A DNA stretch of 64,000 nucleotides from Candidatus Poribacteria bacterium (GCA_022822005.1 JAJECO010000003.1:45098-109097); one strand, 5' to 3'; shown: positions 1 through 11,741, numbered from the stretch's first letter. Program-made: numbers and translations. Notes: generated by a model from the letters alone, not told the origin.

Positions 1-21
1 ATTTATCTGACAGTGTACTAG
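1..21. mobile_element. Right end of a CTAG-flanked MITE-like element (family S1), cut by the window edge
   Basis: ATTTATCTGACAGTGTACTAG matches the right TIR at 41274-41293 and the reverse complement of 27007-27026. Confidence 0.7.
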
Positions 22-1457
22 TCACGTTTCGTCAACGTCTTCTCGGCTTCTTTGTAGATCGGGGCATAAATTTTATCACGGGGTACGCAACCGGCAGCGA
101 ATTGGCCAAGTGGATTCGCTTTTGCACGCATCAGCGCTGTGCAGTAACTAACTGCAACACAAACCTTTTGCTTGACCATTTCTCCACTCTCAATCGTATC
201 CCTTGCGTAGTCGGGATATGCCAATGCACCGCGTCCCACAGCAACAAAACTCACGCGCCCATCCCGAATATTCGCCTCGGCGGCGTTGACGAGATATTGT
301 TGCAGCCAACTGTAGCCGGTACCGACAACCGGTAGGTCTGGATACGCTCGCTGGATTTCGCCCGTCAGTTGGATGTGTCGATCAACACCAATTAGTGGGT
401 GTTCAGGAGTTTCATAGCCATCGATTGGTGGGCGTTCAAACGGACGACCAACATGTGGATTGAAGTAGGGACTCCCCGTCGTGACGTTAACCAGTTTAAC
501 GCCAAGGTCCTTGAGGACACCGACCAGCTTAATTGGTTCAGTCATATCCGGTTGTGGCGGATCATCTTCATCGACACCGAAGCCGTAAAGATAAGGAGTT
601 GGAATGTCCCGTGGAACTCCTACTGTCGTCTCTGGATCTTGCATGTAAGCCACACCGTCGTAGACATTGAGTCGGGTCCCAAGGATCAGTTCATCTCCGA
701 TCTCTGCCCGAATCTTACCGACGATGTTGCGGATAAATCGGGTGCGATTTTCAAAGCTGCCGCCGTACTTTCCAGCCCGTGTCTTCGCTGCTAAGAGTTC
801 AGAGAGTAGGTAGGTGTGACACTGCTTGAGATCAACGAAATCGAACCCAATTTTCCACGCTAACTTAGCAGCCTCGACAAAGATATCCTCCTGACGCTCC
901 AGATAATCATCGCTCAGAACAGGGTAGTCATCAGGGATGGGGATCTTGTTTTTCTTGTCGATGAGCGTAACTTTGTCAACAACAGGGTGGCGAAAAGCGA
1001 TCAACGGTTTCTGATAGCTATACCGCCCCGAATGGGTCAGCTGCATCCCAACGATGACCTCTTCATTTGCGCCAAACTCCTCTCGGTGGGCGTTGCGCGT
1101 TAGGTTGAGTATAGCCTCCATTGAACCCGCAGTCTCATCGTTGATTATCAATTGACGACTGTTTGACTTCACTTCATCAAAGAGGGCTGTCGCTTCGCCC
1201 CATATCAACTTTGCGCCGCCCCGTCCGAACCGTTCCCAGCGGCGGATAGTGAGTTCGCTTGGCTTGCCGTCAAGTGTGCCATCACAACCCTCCATGGGAT
1301 GGATACCGAATGCGTTACCGGCAACTTTGTGCCCTATTTGGACGGGCTCAAGCAGCTTTTCGATCTTTTCTTCGAGGCGGATGCTCAATCCGAGCTCGGC
1401 GATCTCAGCCCGTAGCGCATCAATATCTCGATAACGAAAGTGTTTCCTTTTAAGCAT
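18..1457 (-). CDS. NADH:flavin oxidoreductase / Old Yellow Enzyme family
   Basis: HPMEGCD, GGAKLIWGEA, QLTHSGR, GFDFVDLKQCHTYLLSELL and YGGSFENRTRF motifs. Confidence 0.9.
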   Translation of the reverse strand: MLKRKHFRYRDIDALRAEIAELGLSIRLEEKIEKLLEPVQIGHKVAGNAFGIHPMEGCDGTLDGKPSELTIRRWERFGRGGAKLIWGEATALFDEVKSNSRQLIINDETAGSMEAILNLTRNAHREEFGANEEVIVGMQLTHSGRYSYQKPLIAFRHPVVDKVTLIDKKNKIPIPDDYPVLSDDYLERQEDIFVEAAKLAWKIGFDFVDLKQCHTYLLSELLAAKTRAGKYGGSFENRTRFIRNIVGKIRAEIGDELILGTRLNVYDGVAYMQDPETTVGVPRDIPTPYLYGFGVDEDDPPQPDMTEPIKLVGVLKDLGVKLVNVTTGSPYFNPHVGRPFERPPIDGYETPEHPLIGVDRHIQLTGEIQRAYPDLPVVGTGYSWLQQYLVNAAEANIRDGRVSFVAVGRGALAYPDYARDTIESGEMVKQKVCVAVSYCTALMRAKANPLGQFAAGCVPRDKIYAPIYKEAEKTLTKRD

Positions 1458-1486
1458 TAATCATGCCTCTCTGTATTTACCCATTT

Positions 1487-2560
1487 TTACTGCATAGTCG
1501 CGGCCCACAATCTCACAGTTTTGTCAGCACTTCCACTTGCCAGCGTTTTACCATCGGGCGAGAAAGCGACAGAAAATACTGCGCCACTATGCCCGCTCAA
1601 CGTCCGTTGAAATTTCCCGGTCCGCGCATCCCATAACTTCACCTCCCTGTCCCAAGCTCCACTTGCCAACGTTTTACCATCGGGCGAAAAGACGACGGAG
1701 GTTATTTCCTGCCGATGACCTGTCAGTGCACGAATCAATTCCCACGTGCGGACGTTCCAGAGTCGTATCGTGTTTTCTTCGGGCCGACTACTCCCATTCA
1801 CTAAAACCGAACCGTCGGGGGAAAACGCCACAGTTTTCACTGCATCAACCCTACGCCATTTCAGTGTTCTCTCCAATTTTCCCGTCTTTACGTCCCACAG
1901 CCTGATAGCGGTATTGTCAAGTTCGCCACCACTTGCCAGCGTACCGTTGTCGGGCGAGAAGGCTAACGCAAACACTGGACCCTCGCTTCCGGTTAGGGTC
2001 CGTTTTAGTTCACCGGTCCGTCCATTCCATAGCCTCACTGTCTCATCGGACGCACCGCTCGCGAGGAGCGCACCGTTGCCTGACAGAGTCAGTGTGTGCA
2101 CTCGACCGCTATGCCCCTTTAGGGCTGCCTTCAGTTTTCCCGTTTGTACGTCCCATAATCTTACGGTTTTGTCCCAGCTGCTGCTCGTCAGGGTTTCTCC
2201 GTCCGGTGAAAAGACGATTGCAGTCACCATCTGGGTGTGTCCCGTCAGGGTTCGTTTCAACTTTCGCCCCCCCACGTCCCACAGTCTCACAGTCTTGTCG
2301 CTACTTCCACTTGCTAACGTTCTGCCATCGGGTGAGAAGGCAACGCACAGGACAGCACCGCTGTGTCCTTCCAGCGTAAGGAAGTTCAAGGGCTTGTCCC
2401 AAACGTCGTTTTCCTCCGCACCGCAAACGCTTACCAAGCCCATGAGACACGAGAAAACGATCAGATACGATTTCCACTTGAGCGTAGAGCAATCCTCAAT
2501 TCGCTTTGGACCACGGTGTTTTTGTATAAGGGGTATTCTGTAAGACATGAAAGCAAGCAA
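1487..2560 (-). CDS. WD40-repeat beta-propeller protein, probably exported; start uncertain
   Basis: About 7 repeats of GH..V..VAFSPDG..LASGS.D.TVRLWD after a hydrophobic N-terminal stretch. Confidence 0.92.
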   Translation of the reverse strand: MLAFMSYRIPLIQKHRGPKRIEDCSTLKWKSYLIVFSCLMGLVSVCGAEENDVWDKPLNFLTLEGHSGAVLCVAFSPDGRTLASGSSDKTVRLWDVGGRKLKRTLTGHTQMVTAIVFSPDGETLTSSSWDKTVRLWDVQTGKLKAALKGHSGRVHTLTLSGNGALLASGASDETVRLWNGRTGELKRTLTGSEGPVFALAFSPDNGTLASGGELDNTAIRLWDVKTGKLERTLKWRRVDAVKTVAFSPDGSVLVNGSSRPEENTIRLWNVRTWELIRALTGHRQEITSVVFSPDGKTLASGAWDREVKLWDARTGKFQRTLSGHSGAVFSVAFSPDGKTLASGSADKTVRLWAATMQ

Positions 2561-2844
2561 GCTGCTATTTCCAGTTGCTATTCCATTCCTTCTTTATCTG
2601 TCTCTTTTGAGTTCAAGGTCGGGAAACAATCAGTTTTTATTATATCAGATCTACCCAATCTTGTCATCAGAAAGTATTCTGTTGACAAATGGGAAAATTT
2701 CTGCAACACTATAAATTGGAATGAGGGTAGGTCAGAGTTCCTAACTATTTTTCTGCCGCGATCAAGTGAAGCGTAACCCACAAAGTGTCAGCAAAACGCA
2801 GTCCTACGAACAGATAGTTAGACCAGAACAGGAGAATTTACCAC

Positions 2845-3699
2845 ATGGCATCTCATGCAAACTCTACATATCAGGTTGTTGAGGGATGGGGACAACTTCC
2901 CGAAGGGTGGGAGTTCACACAGGTAGCTGGCGTGGCTGTTGATTCCCAAGATCGAATTTACGTCTACAATCGTGGAGAGCACCCCATGATTATTTTCGAC
3001 AGTGACGGCAATTTACTGAACACCTGGGGAGAAGGATTCCTAAAGCATGCACACGGTATTTTTATTGACAGGACAGATATGATTTATCTTGTTGATCGGT
3101 GGTTGCATGCGGTATTGAAATATACGCCGGATGGCGAACTCCTGATGACGATAGGCACGCTTGACCAACCTTCTACAAATGGCGAACCGTTTAATCATCC
3201 GACAGATGTAGCACTGTCCTCAACCGGTGAAATCTACGTTTCTGATGGCTATGGAAATACGCGGATGCACAAATTCTCGGCTGAGGGAGAACATCTTCTT
3301 TCGTGGGGCACCCCTGGTGACGGGCCCGGTGAATTCAACCTACCTCACAGCGTCTGGGTGGATGACAACGATCGCGTCTATGTCGCGGACAGGGAAAATC
3401 ATCGTATTCAGATTTTTGACCCTCAAGGCACTTTTATCGATCAATGGACCGGATTTCGTCAACCGACCGATTTTTTCCTTGATGGGGCTGGACGCTTCTA
3501 TATTGCCGAACTACAGCACCGTGTCAGCATCCTAAACCTGGACGGAGAGATCCTAATGCGGATGGGTGGAGAATCAAGTCACGCCTCCGGCGAATTTGTT
3601 GCGCCACACGCGGTCTGGACGGACTCCCACGATGCGCTCTATGTGGGTGAGGTCTTAGCAGGGCAGCGGATACAGAAATTTGTACCCCAGGATGCGTAA
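2845..3699 (+). CDS. NHL-repeat protein, peptidyl-alpha-hydroxyglycine alpha-amidating lyase-like
   Basis: NHL repeats (FNHPTDVA, FNLPHSVWVD, YVADRENHRIQIF); AGGAG ribosome-binding site. Confidence 0.88.
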   Translation: MASHANSTYQVVEGWGQLPEGWEFTQVAGVAVDSQDRIYVYNRGEHPMIIFDSDGNLLNTWGEGFLKHAHGIFIDRTDMIYLVDRWLHAVLKYTPDGELLMTIGTLDQPSTNGEPFNHPTDVALSSTGEIYVSDGYGNTRMHKFSAEGEHLLSWGTPGDGPGEFNLPHSVWVDDNDRVYVADRENHRIQIFDPQGTFIDQWTGFRQPTDFFLDGAGRFYIAELQHRVSILNLDGEILMRMGGESSHASGEFVAPHAVWTDSHDALYVGEVLAGQRIQKFVPQDA

Positions 3700-4021
3700 G
3701 ACGCGATCCCGAATAGTGAATGCCCGTTCAGGAAAATTGTACTAATTTCGCGCAATATGCACTATATCTTGTACATTAGATGTTGATGTGTTTCATAACG
3801 GTATGGTAGACTTTATGGCAGACACCCTTTGGTGATAGCACTTGTCAAATTCTCATCAACCGCGACTTTCCCTCAGGGAAGCGGTTTTGCCCCGTCAATT
3901 TCGTTGGCAGAAACAGCCAAATCTGGCGACGCTGAGACGCTTCGGTTTTTGACCGGGGATTTATGCCACCGATCCAAAGCATCGAAACGACAGAGCCAAA
4001 AATGATGAAAGTTCCCAGCAA

Positions 4022-5344
4022 ATGATTCAAAAGAAGATTGAAAATCAGACTGCATACGCGGGCGTTATTGGACTTGGCTATGTCGGGCTTCCACTTGCAG
4101 TAACTATGGCGAAAGCGGGGTTTTCTGTCACCGGCATCGACGTAGATCGCCACAAGGTTGAATGTATTCAGGGTGGTCTCTCGGTTGTCTCTGATGTTCC
4201 TTCAGAAGATCTTGCGGCTTTCGTCCATCGAGGACAGGTTCACGCAACGACAGATTATCGGATCCTGAGAGAGTTAGATACAATTAATATTTGCGTACCC
4301 ACGCCGTTGCGTAAGAGTAAGGACCCGGACATGAGTTTTATCATCTCCGCGGTAGACGAAATTGCGCAATACCTACGCAAAGATCAGCTGATCATTCTCG
4401 AGAGTACAACCTACCCTGGCACCACGGAGGAGGTTGTGCTACCGAAACTCGAAAAGAGCGGTTTGCAGGTCGGTGAAGATTTTTTCCTCGCCTTTTCCCC
4501 TGAACGGATTGATCCGGGGAATGCGATATATTCCACGGCAAATACGGCGAAAATCGTTGGGGGGATAACACCTGCCTGCACGAAGGTAGCTCAACTGTTT
4601 TACAAGCAGTTTATTCAGGAAGTCCATGCGGTATCTTCGACCAGAGTAGCAGAGATGGTTAAGCTGCTGGAAAATACCTTTCGGAGCGTCAATATCGGTC
4701 TCGTCAACGAGATGGCATTAATGTGCGATCAGATGGGGTTAGATGTATGGGAAATTGTCGATGCTGCCGCCACAAAGCCGTTTGGATTTATGCCGTTCTA
4801 TCCAGGACCGGGGTTAGGTGGACACTGTATCCCCGTTGATCCACACTACCTATCTTGGAAAGCAAAAACTTACGAGTTCCACGCGCGCTTCATCGAGCTT
4901 GCGAGTGAGATTAACGGCTCGATGCCAGAGTATGTACTTGGTAAAATTATTGACGCGCTCAATCAACACCAGAAGGCAATCAACGGCTCGAAAATTTTGG
5001 TCATGGGTGTTGCCTACAAGAAAAATGTTGGCGATGTCCGCGAATCACCGGCTATTGATGTCATTCGGATGCTTGTGCGGCGCGGTGGTGATATTTCATA
5101 CCACGACCCGTACGTGCCAGAACTGGAGGTTGAAGAGGTCGCTCCGAAGAACGGGCAGCCCACGCGCTATTCCTGTGCAGAGTTGACAGCCGAGTTGGTC
5201 CAGAGTGCTGACTGTGTGGTAATTATGGCAGATCATGGCACTATCGATTACAGCTGGCTTGTAGACCACGCGACAATAGTAATAGATACACGAAATGCAA
5301 CAAAGTCAATTACAACAAACCAGAATAAAGTTCTAAAACTTTAA
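4022..5344 (+). CDS. Nucleotide-sugar 6-dehydrogenase (UDP-GlcNAc/UDP-ManNAc dehydrogenase, WbpA/WecC-like)
   Basis: GLGYVGLP, CVPTP, ESTTYPGTT, FSPERIDPG, GLGGHCIPVDP and DVRESPA motifs. Confidence 0.93.
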   Translation: MIQKKIENQTAYAGVIGLGYVGLPLAVTMAKAGFSVTGIDVDRHKVECIQGGLSVVSDVPSEDLAAFVHRGQVHATTDYRILRELDTINICVPTPLRKSKDPDMSFIISAVDEIAQYLRKDQLIILESTTYPGTTEEVVLPKLEKSGLQVGEDFFLAFSPERIDPGNAIYSTANTAKIVGGITPACTKVAQLFYKQFIQEVHAVSSTRVAEMVKLLENTFRSVNIGLVNEMALMCDQMGLDVWEIVDAAATKPFGFMPFYPGPGLGGHCIPVDPHYLSWKAKTYEFHARFIELASEINGSMPEYVLGKIIDALNQHQKAINGSKILVMGVAYKKNVGDVRESPAIDVIRMLVRRGGDISYHDPYVPELEVEEVAPKNGQPTRYSCAELTAELVQSADCVVIMADHGTIDYSWLVDHATIVIDTRNATKSITTNQNKVLKL

Positions 5345-5383
5345 AATATTATAGACATATATGATACATTCGGGGGATCAACC

Positions 5384-7003
5384 ATGTTTCCAGCAAAAGG
5401 ACACATTGCTACCCACCAATTAGCTTGGATTATCACCGACTGCTGCGGTGAGGAAGAAATTATCAGGATGGCGAATCAGTGTGGTGTGCTGCACGATACC
5501 CAATCTCGGACAGAGATTCGTAAGGATTGGATCGCCTACGATTTAGCAGCGTGTTTTTTCGATGCTGCTGTAACCGAAGACATCGTGAGCCGACACTTAG
5601 CCAAGAAGGCAGAACAAGCTGCGCGCCGAGTCCAATTCATGGATGTCCAAGAAATTCGCGTCTTCTTGAGAAGTGCCGACCAACTTCGATCAGAAGGCGA
5701 ATTGGGCGAGATCTTATGGGCGCTGCTGGTTGATTCACGCGAAGATGTACAACAGCACGGTCAAAGATTGCTTGCTGACCATGATCAATCCGTTCCTGCC
5801 TCCCCTCCTCCGCCCGAGGGTAGAAGCTACACTTCATCATTAGACACCCCACAAGAGTCAGAACAGTCGGAATCAAGCATACCAGATCCGAGTACCTCGC
5901 TACACCACAACCGTGATGAAGAACCGAGTCTTGAATCTACGGAACCTTCTACCGATCCACTTGCCAGTGACCCCGAATACCTGAAGATCACGCCTATCCC
6001 TGAAACAGATTTAGCTCCAGAACAGAGGGCTAAACTAAGCGATGAGCTAAAACAAAACCAACAGCAGATTAATAAACTTTATAGCGCGCTCTCTGAACTG
6101 AAAAATGGATATACGGTTCTGCAAAATGAAAACGACAGACTCAAACAGAGAATAGCAACATTGGTAGACGAAAAGAAATTCTTGCAGAATAGAGAGGCAC
6201 TGTATCAGGAAAGCGAACTCCGCATCGACCGACTCAGCCATGAGAACAGAAGCCTCAAACAAGATGTGGAAAAGTTCTCGAATCAACTCTGTGAATTCCA
6301 CGAACTTCAGGCACAAAAGGAAAAGATAACCGGGGAATTGAAATCGGTTGAGGAGATGGCATATCACTCACAGCAGGTGCTTGAACAGATACAGTCCAAT
6401 TTCTATTCTCAGTTTTCCTACTTGCAGGGAGTCAACGAGGAATACAAGACAGTCATCACAAGGGCACGGCAAAAAGTCGCAAGCCTGTCGGGCCAGCGAA
6501 GCGGTGCAGGCGCGAGCCGTATGCTGGCAGGGCAACCGCGTGTCGGTGTTTTTGTCGATGTCCAGAATATGTTCTATGCTGCAAAAGATCGCTACGCAAG
6601 ACGCCTTGATTATATTAAGCTACTGGACCTCATTGTGGGTCCCCGGAATCTGGTAGCGGCTTACGCCTATGTTGTCCAAATCCCCGAAATTAATCAGGCA
6701 GGCTTTTTGTCGCTGCTCGAACATAACGGTTACACAATCAAGAGCAAGGATCTGCGAATGCGCGGAGATGGTTCTGCTAAGGGGGATTGGGACGTCGGAA
6801 TTGCCATCGATATTGTGTCAATGTTGGATGCACTGGACATTGTGATTCTGGCAAGCGGAGATGGTGATTTCTGCGCGCTTGCGGAACTGATTAAACAACA
6901 CGGAAAGCGCATTGAGGTAGCAGCTTTTGAACATAACACATCGATGGATCTGCAGCGTATTGCAGATCAGTTCTTCCCAATAGGGGATGAAATGTTAATT
7001 TAG
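5384..7003 (+). CDS. NYN (LabA/DUF88, PIN-fold) domain protein with an N-terminal helical domain, acidic linker and long coiled coil
   Basis: C-terminal VFVDVQN, KGDWDVGIAID, LASGDGDF and S.DLQRIADQF motifs; heptad-rich region around aa 215-370. Confidence 0.88.
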   Translation: MFPAKGHIATHQLAWIITDCCGEEEIIRMANQCGVLHDTQSRTEIRKDWIAYDLAACFFDAAVTEDIVSRHLAKKAEQAARRVQFMDVQEIRVFLRSADQLRSEGELGEILWALLVDSREDVQQHGQRLLADHDQSVPASPPPPEGRSYTSSLDTPQESEQSESSIPDPSTSLHHNRDEEPSLESTEPSTDPLASDPEYLKITPIPETDLAPEQRAKLSDELKQNQQQINKLYSALSELKNGYTVLQNENDRLKQRIATLVDEKKFLQNREALYQESELRIDRLSHENRSLKQDVEKFSNQLCEFHELQAQKEKITGELKSVEEMAYHSQQVLEQIQSNFYSQFSYLQGVNEEYKTVITRARQKVASLSGQRSGAGASRMLAGQPRVGVFVDVQNMFYAAKDRYARRLDYIKLLDLIVGPRNLVAAYAYVVQIPEINQAGFLSLLEHNGYTIKSKDLRMRGDGSAKGDWDVGIAIDIVSMLDALDIVILASGDGDFCALAELIKQHGKRIEVAAFEHNTSMDLQRIADQFFPIGDEMLI

Positions 7004-7022
7004 CCCCCCAAGGTAATAAATC

Positions 7023-9017
7023 ATGTCCAGCGCAAAGCCTGCTGCAAAATCACATTTCCAGGGACATGAGCTTCACGATACTTCACCCACCCCAAGCGGA
7101 GAGACCGAGGCCCCCGCCTCTACAGTTGAATCCGCTCTTCCAACCTCTAAAGAAGCACGAGATCAATACGCGCTTGGCAATTGGTATTTAGAACCCGCCC
7201 AGCGTCAGTATCCCCTTGCAATCAATGCCTATAAGCGCGCACTTGAGTTGGATCCGGCGTGTGCGGCAGTCCATCATAGCCTCGGTTTCGCGTATTACAA
7301 AGAAGGCGAGTTTGATCTGGCGCGAGAAGCGCTCCAGAAGGCAATTGAACTCAATCCACTGAACGCGAATTATCACTATGTTTTGGGGCAGTTGCTGGAA
7401 GATTGGATGGGGCTTGATGGCACGTGGGAGAAGGCAATTCACGAATTTACTCGTGCAATCGAGTTAGATCCCTCATACATTGAGGCGTGGTATAACCGGG
7501 GGCTGCTTTACGAGAAACTGGAAGATCTTGAGAAGGCGTGTGAGGATTTCGAGCGGGTTGTTCAGCGTGCACCGACGTTTCATGCCGCACGCCATAACCT
7601 TGGCGTCTTGCACATGAAACGGCAACATTGGGAAGATGCAGAGCGAGTTTTTGAAGAAATCCTTGAAATTGAGCCGCGGGAACCGGATGCCCACTATCAC
7701 CTCGCTGAGATTTACTTAAACCTATATGCCGACGTGGATCGGGCGATTCACTGCTTGCAATACGCAATTGAAAGAGATCCGGCACACTTAGACGCTCGCT
7801 TTGAACTTGGACTGCTTTACGCAAAGCATCGGTATAGGCGCCCAGAATTCCGGCAGCAGGCAATAGACCAATTCATCGAATTAATCAAGCGCAACGATGA
7901 ATTACAGACCTTTGAGCCGCTCGATCAGGTGTTCTTTATCCTTGGCAGCTTGTACGATGACCGTCCAGAAGATGCAGACCTCGCAATCTATGCCTACAAG
8001 ACCGGCTTAGAACACGCCCCTTCACCGCAAGCGCAAAACAACCTCGGACTCCTTTATCTCCAAAAGAATATGATTGATAAGGCTGCTGCAGAATTTAAGC
8101 AGGCTATCCAACGTTACCCGGATTATGAATCACCTTATCATAACCTCGCTAAACTCTACTTCTACGAGCGGGATGAAGAAATCCTGAAAGACCTACGAGG
8201 GTGGTTAGAGACGGAGCCGCAGATCGCTGCGTGTATCATTTTTCATCTCACCCTCTCACTAATGGACGTTGCACGGGCGGAAGCGTACCAGAGCCTCTAT
8301 TCCCAACTACATCGTCTGAAAAACCTGATTAGTGCAACCGGCGGTCAACTTAGATCGGCATCTCGCCAAGCGGAACCGGATTCCCAGTTGCACAACTCAC
8401 TCAATCAGATCCTCACCCAACATGAAGAATGCTATAACGAAATGGTTGAACTCTTGCAGCAGTTGCGTATGGACGAACCGGTCTTTGGCCTCATAGATAT
8501 CAACAGAATCCTTGATACGATGTTGCGGAACCTAATGCCTGTTTTGGAAGCCAAAAAGATCGAGTGTCAGCAAATTTTCGACACACGCTTGCCGCCGGTT
8601 AAAGGGGATTCCGGCCAACTGAAAGAAGCATTTAACAATCTGATTATTAACGCTGTTGATGCGATGGAAGGCGGCGGCTTTCTCCAGATTAAAACCGCCT
8701 ATCTGCCAGAGATCTCCCAGATACAGATCTCCTTTATCGATACGGGGATCGGCATCCCGTATGAAGTGCGGGACCAGCTTTACCAGCCCGGATACACCCT
8801 CAAACAACATGGGAGCGGATTCGGTCTGAACATTGTGCAACGAACGGTTCGTGACCATCGGGGAAGAACCGAACTCCACAGCGAGGAAGGACACGGGACA
8901 ACGTTCTCGATTTATCTGCCGGTTGACCTAGAAGCAACGCCCATCCAGACGAATCTGCAGATGCGTCCCATCTTCTACGAATCGCCACACGAGTTAGGTT
9001 TTGAGGAATTGGTTTAA
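7023..9017 (+). CDS. Soluble TPR-repeat histidine kinase (or kinase-like protein)
   Basis: About 9-10 TPRs, then HRLKNL H-box, NLIINAVDAM, DTGIGI and GSGFGL boxes; no transmembrane segment. Confidence 0.85.
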   Translation: MSSAKPAAKSHFQGHELHDTSPTPSGETEAPASTVESALPTSKEARDQYALGNWYLEPAQRQYPLAINAYKRALELDPACAAVHHSLGFAYYKEGEFDLAREALQKAIELNPLNANYHYVLGQLLEDWMGLDGTWEKAIHEFTRAIELDPSYIEAWYNRGLLYEKLEDLEKACEDFERVVQRAPTFHAARHNLGVLHMKRQHWEDAERVFEEILEIEPREPDAHYHLAEIYLNLYADVDRAIHCLQYAIERDPAHLDARFELGLLYAKHRYRRPEFRQQAIDQFIELIKRNDELQTFEPLDQVFFILGSLYDDRPEDADLAIYAYKTGLEHAPSPQAQNNLGLLYLQKNMIDKAAAEFKQAIQRYPDYESPYHNLAKLYFYERDEEILKDLRGWLETEPQIAACIIFHLTLSLMDVARAEAYQSLYSQLHRLKNLISATGGQLRSASRQAEPDSQLHNSLNQILTQHEECYNEMVELLQQLRMDEPVFGLIDINRILDTMLRNLMPVLEAKKIECQQIFDTRLPPVKGDSGQLKEAFNNLIINAVDAMEGGGFLQIKTAYLPEISQIQISFIDTGIGIPYEVRDQLYQPGYTLKQHGSGFGLNIVQRTVRDHRGRTELHSEEGHGTTFSIYLPVDLEATPIQTNLQMRPIFYESPHELGFEELV

Positions 9018-9061
9018 GTCAGAGGGTGCCCAACGAGCAGGCGCTTCGACGGATAGGCAAC

Positions 9062-9096
9062 AAAAAAGCCCCTTCCACATTGAATATGGAAGGGGC
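9062..9096 (-). terminator. Intrinsic terminator after the tRNA pair
   Basis: GCCCCTTCCA/TGGAAGGGGC 10-bp stem followed by a T6 tract on the minus strand. Confidence 0.85.
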
Positions 9097-9103
9097 GAAA
9101 GAA

Positions 9104-9178
<75 letters not shown>

Positions 9179-9184
9179 AGACAG

Positions 9185-9257
9185 TGAGCCGTACAGGAAT
9201 CGAACCTGTGACCACCTGATTAAAAGTCAGATGCTCTACCTACTGAGCTAACGGCCC
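9185..9257 (-). tRNA. tRNA-Lys(TTT), CCA not encoded
   Basis: GGGCCGT acceptor stem, TAGCTCAG D-arm, CTGA-CTTTTAA-TCAG anticodon arm, GGTTCGATTCC T-arm. Confidence 0.95.
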
Positions 9258-9290
9258 CCAATGGAAATATGTTGACAAAAGCGAGCAGAA

Positions 9291-9319
9291 ATAGTACCCA
9301 ATGCGTTAAGAAACGTCAA
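9291..9319 (-). promoter_or_regulatory. Sigma70-type promoter of the tRNA pair
   Basis: TTGACG-N17-TACTAT about 35 bp upstream of tRNA-Lys. Confidence 0.7.
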
Positions 9320-9344
9320 TCTTAAAATAACGCTCGCAGGTCCA

Positions 9345-10667
<1,323 letters not shown>

Positions 10668-10685
10668 CTATAATCGGGCTGATTC

Positions 10686-11081
10686 TTACCGCTTGGAAAA
10701 TTGGAAACGTGCTCGTGCTCCCTTTTGCCCATATTTCTTTCGTTCAACCATACGGGAGTCACGGGTAAGAAATCCGGCTTTCTTCAAGGCAGGTTTCAAA
10801 GACTCATCAGCTTTAACAAGTGCGCGCGCAAGGCCGTGCAGAATAGCGCCAGCTTGTCCTGAAATGCCGCCACCACGTGCGTTAACGAACACATCGTATG
10901 CACTGCTCTTTTCCGTTAGTTCTGTCGGTTGTTTAGCCAACTGAATCAGGTCTTCCCGATCAAAATATGCTTCGATCGGTTTTTTGTTGACGACGAATTG
11001 ACCGGAACCTCCCGGAATCACGCGTACGCGTGCAACGGATGTCTTACGTCTTCCCGTTCCCCAATACTGTTCTACAGCCAT
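10686..11081 (-). CDS. rpsI: 30S ribosomal protein S9
   Basis: [41 protein letters not shown]. Confidence 0.98.
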   Translation of the reverse strand: MAVEQYWGTGRRKTSVARVRVIPGGSGQFVVNKKPIEAYFDREDLIQLAKQPTELTEKSSAYDVFVNARGGGISGQAGAILHGLARALVKADESLKPALKKAGFLTRDSRMVERKKYGQKGARARFQFSKR

Positions 11082-11100
11082 ACTTCCTCCTCTGAAAAAA

Positions 11101-11535
11101 TTACACTTCTACGACTTCCGGACTCTGTGCTTGGTGCGGGTGGTTTGGACCCACATAAACCTTTAGTTTTTTAATCAGTTTGCGGCCCAGGCGATTTTTG
11201 GGGAGCATTCCTTTGACAGCGTGCCGTATGATTTCTTCCGGTTTTTTCTGCATCTGCTCTTCAAAAGTTCGGACTTTCCCGCCACCGGGGTAACCGCTAT
11301 AGCGAAAGTACGTTTTGTCTGTTGCTTTGTTTCCTGTCACAACGATTTTTTCGGCGTTAATCACAGCGACACGATATCCCATATCGGCATGTGGGGTGTA
11401 CGTGGGGTGATGTTTCCCTCGAAGCATCATCGCAATTTGAGTGGCTAAGCGTCCAAGGACCTTTCCATTCGCATCCACGACACACCATTTAATATCTGTA
11501 TCCGATCCAACAAAAGATGTTTTCATTGCAAGCAT
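11101..11535 (-). CDS. rplM: 50S ribosomal protein L13
   Basis: [41 protein letters not shown]; upstream of rpsI. Confidence 0.98.
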   Translation of the reverse strand: MLAMKTSFVGSDTDIKWCVVDANGKVLGRLATQIAMMLRGKHHPTYTPHADMGYRVAVINAEKIVVTGNKATDKTYFRYSGYPGGGKVRTFEEQMQKKPEEIIRHAVKGMLPKNRLGRKLIKKLKVYVGPNHPHQAQSPEVVEV

Positions 11536-11741
11536 GATTTTACCTTCAACAACTTCCCACTGCATCGCAGCGGAAGATTTTCGTCCACTATCTTAATCCG
11601 AGGTGATTTCAAAAAATCGCCTCAGTTTTTTGGCAGGTGGTATGATGATTAGAATCTCTCCCGAATTCACTACAGAAAAATATCAACCTGCCGTAACAAC
11701 TTGCGTTATTACATTTCAAACGCTAGGCACAACAGCCCGAA

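Noticed and set aside
1746-2543. 265-aa plus-strand ORF with a repetitive pattern
   Set aside because: Antisense shadow of the WD40 gene
3700-4021. c-di-GMP riboswitch or ops/JUMPstart element before the sugar dehydrogenase
   Set aside because: Only fragments resemble the consensus; no GCAAAC-GNRA-GACGCAAAGC arrangement and no GGCGGTAG
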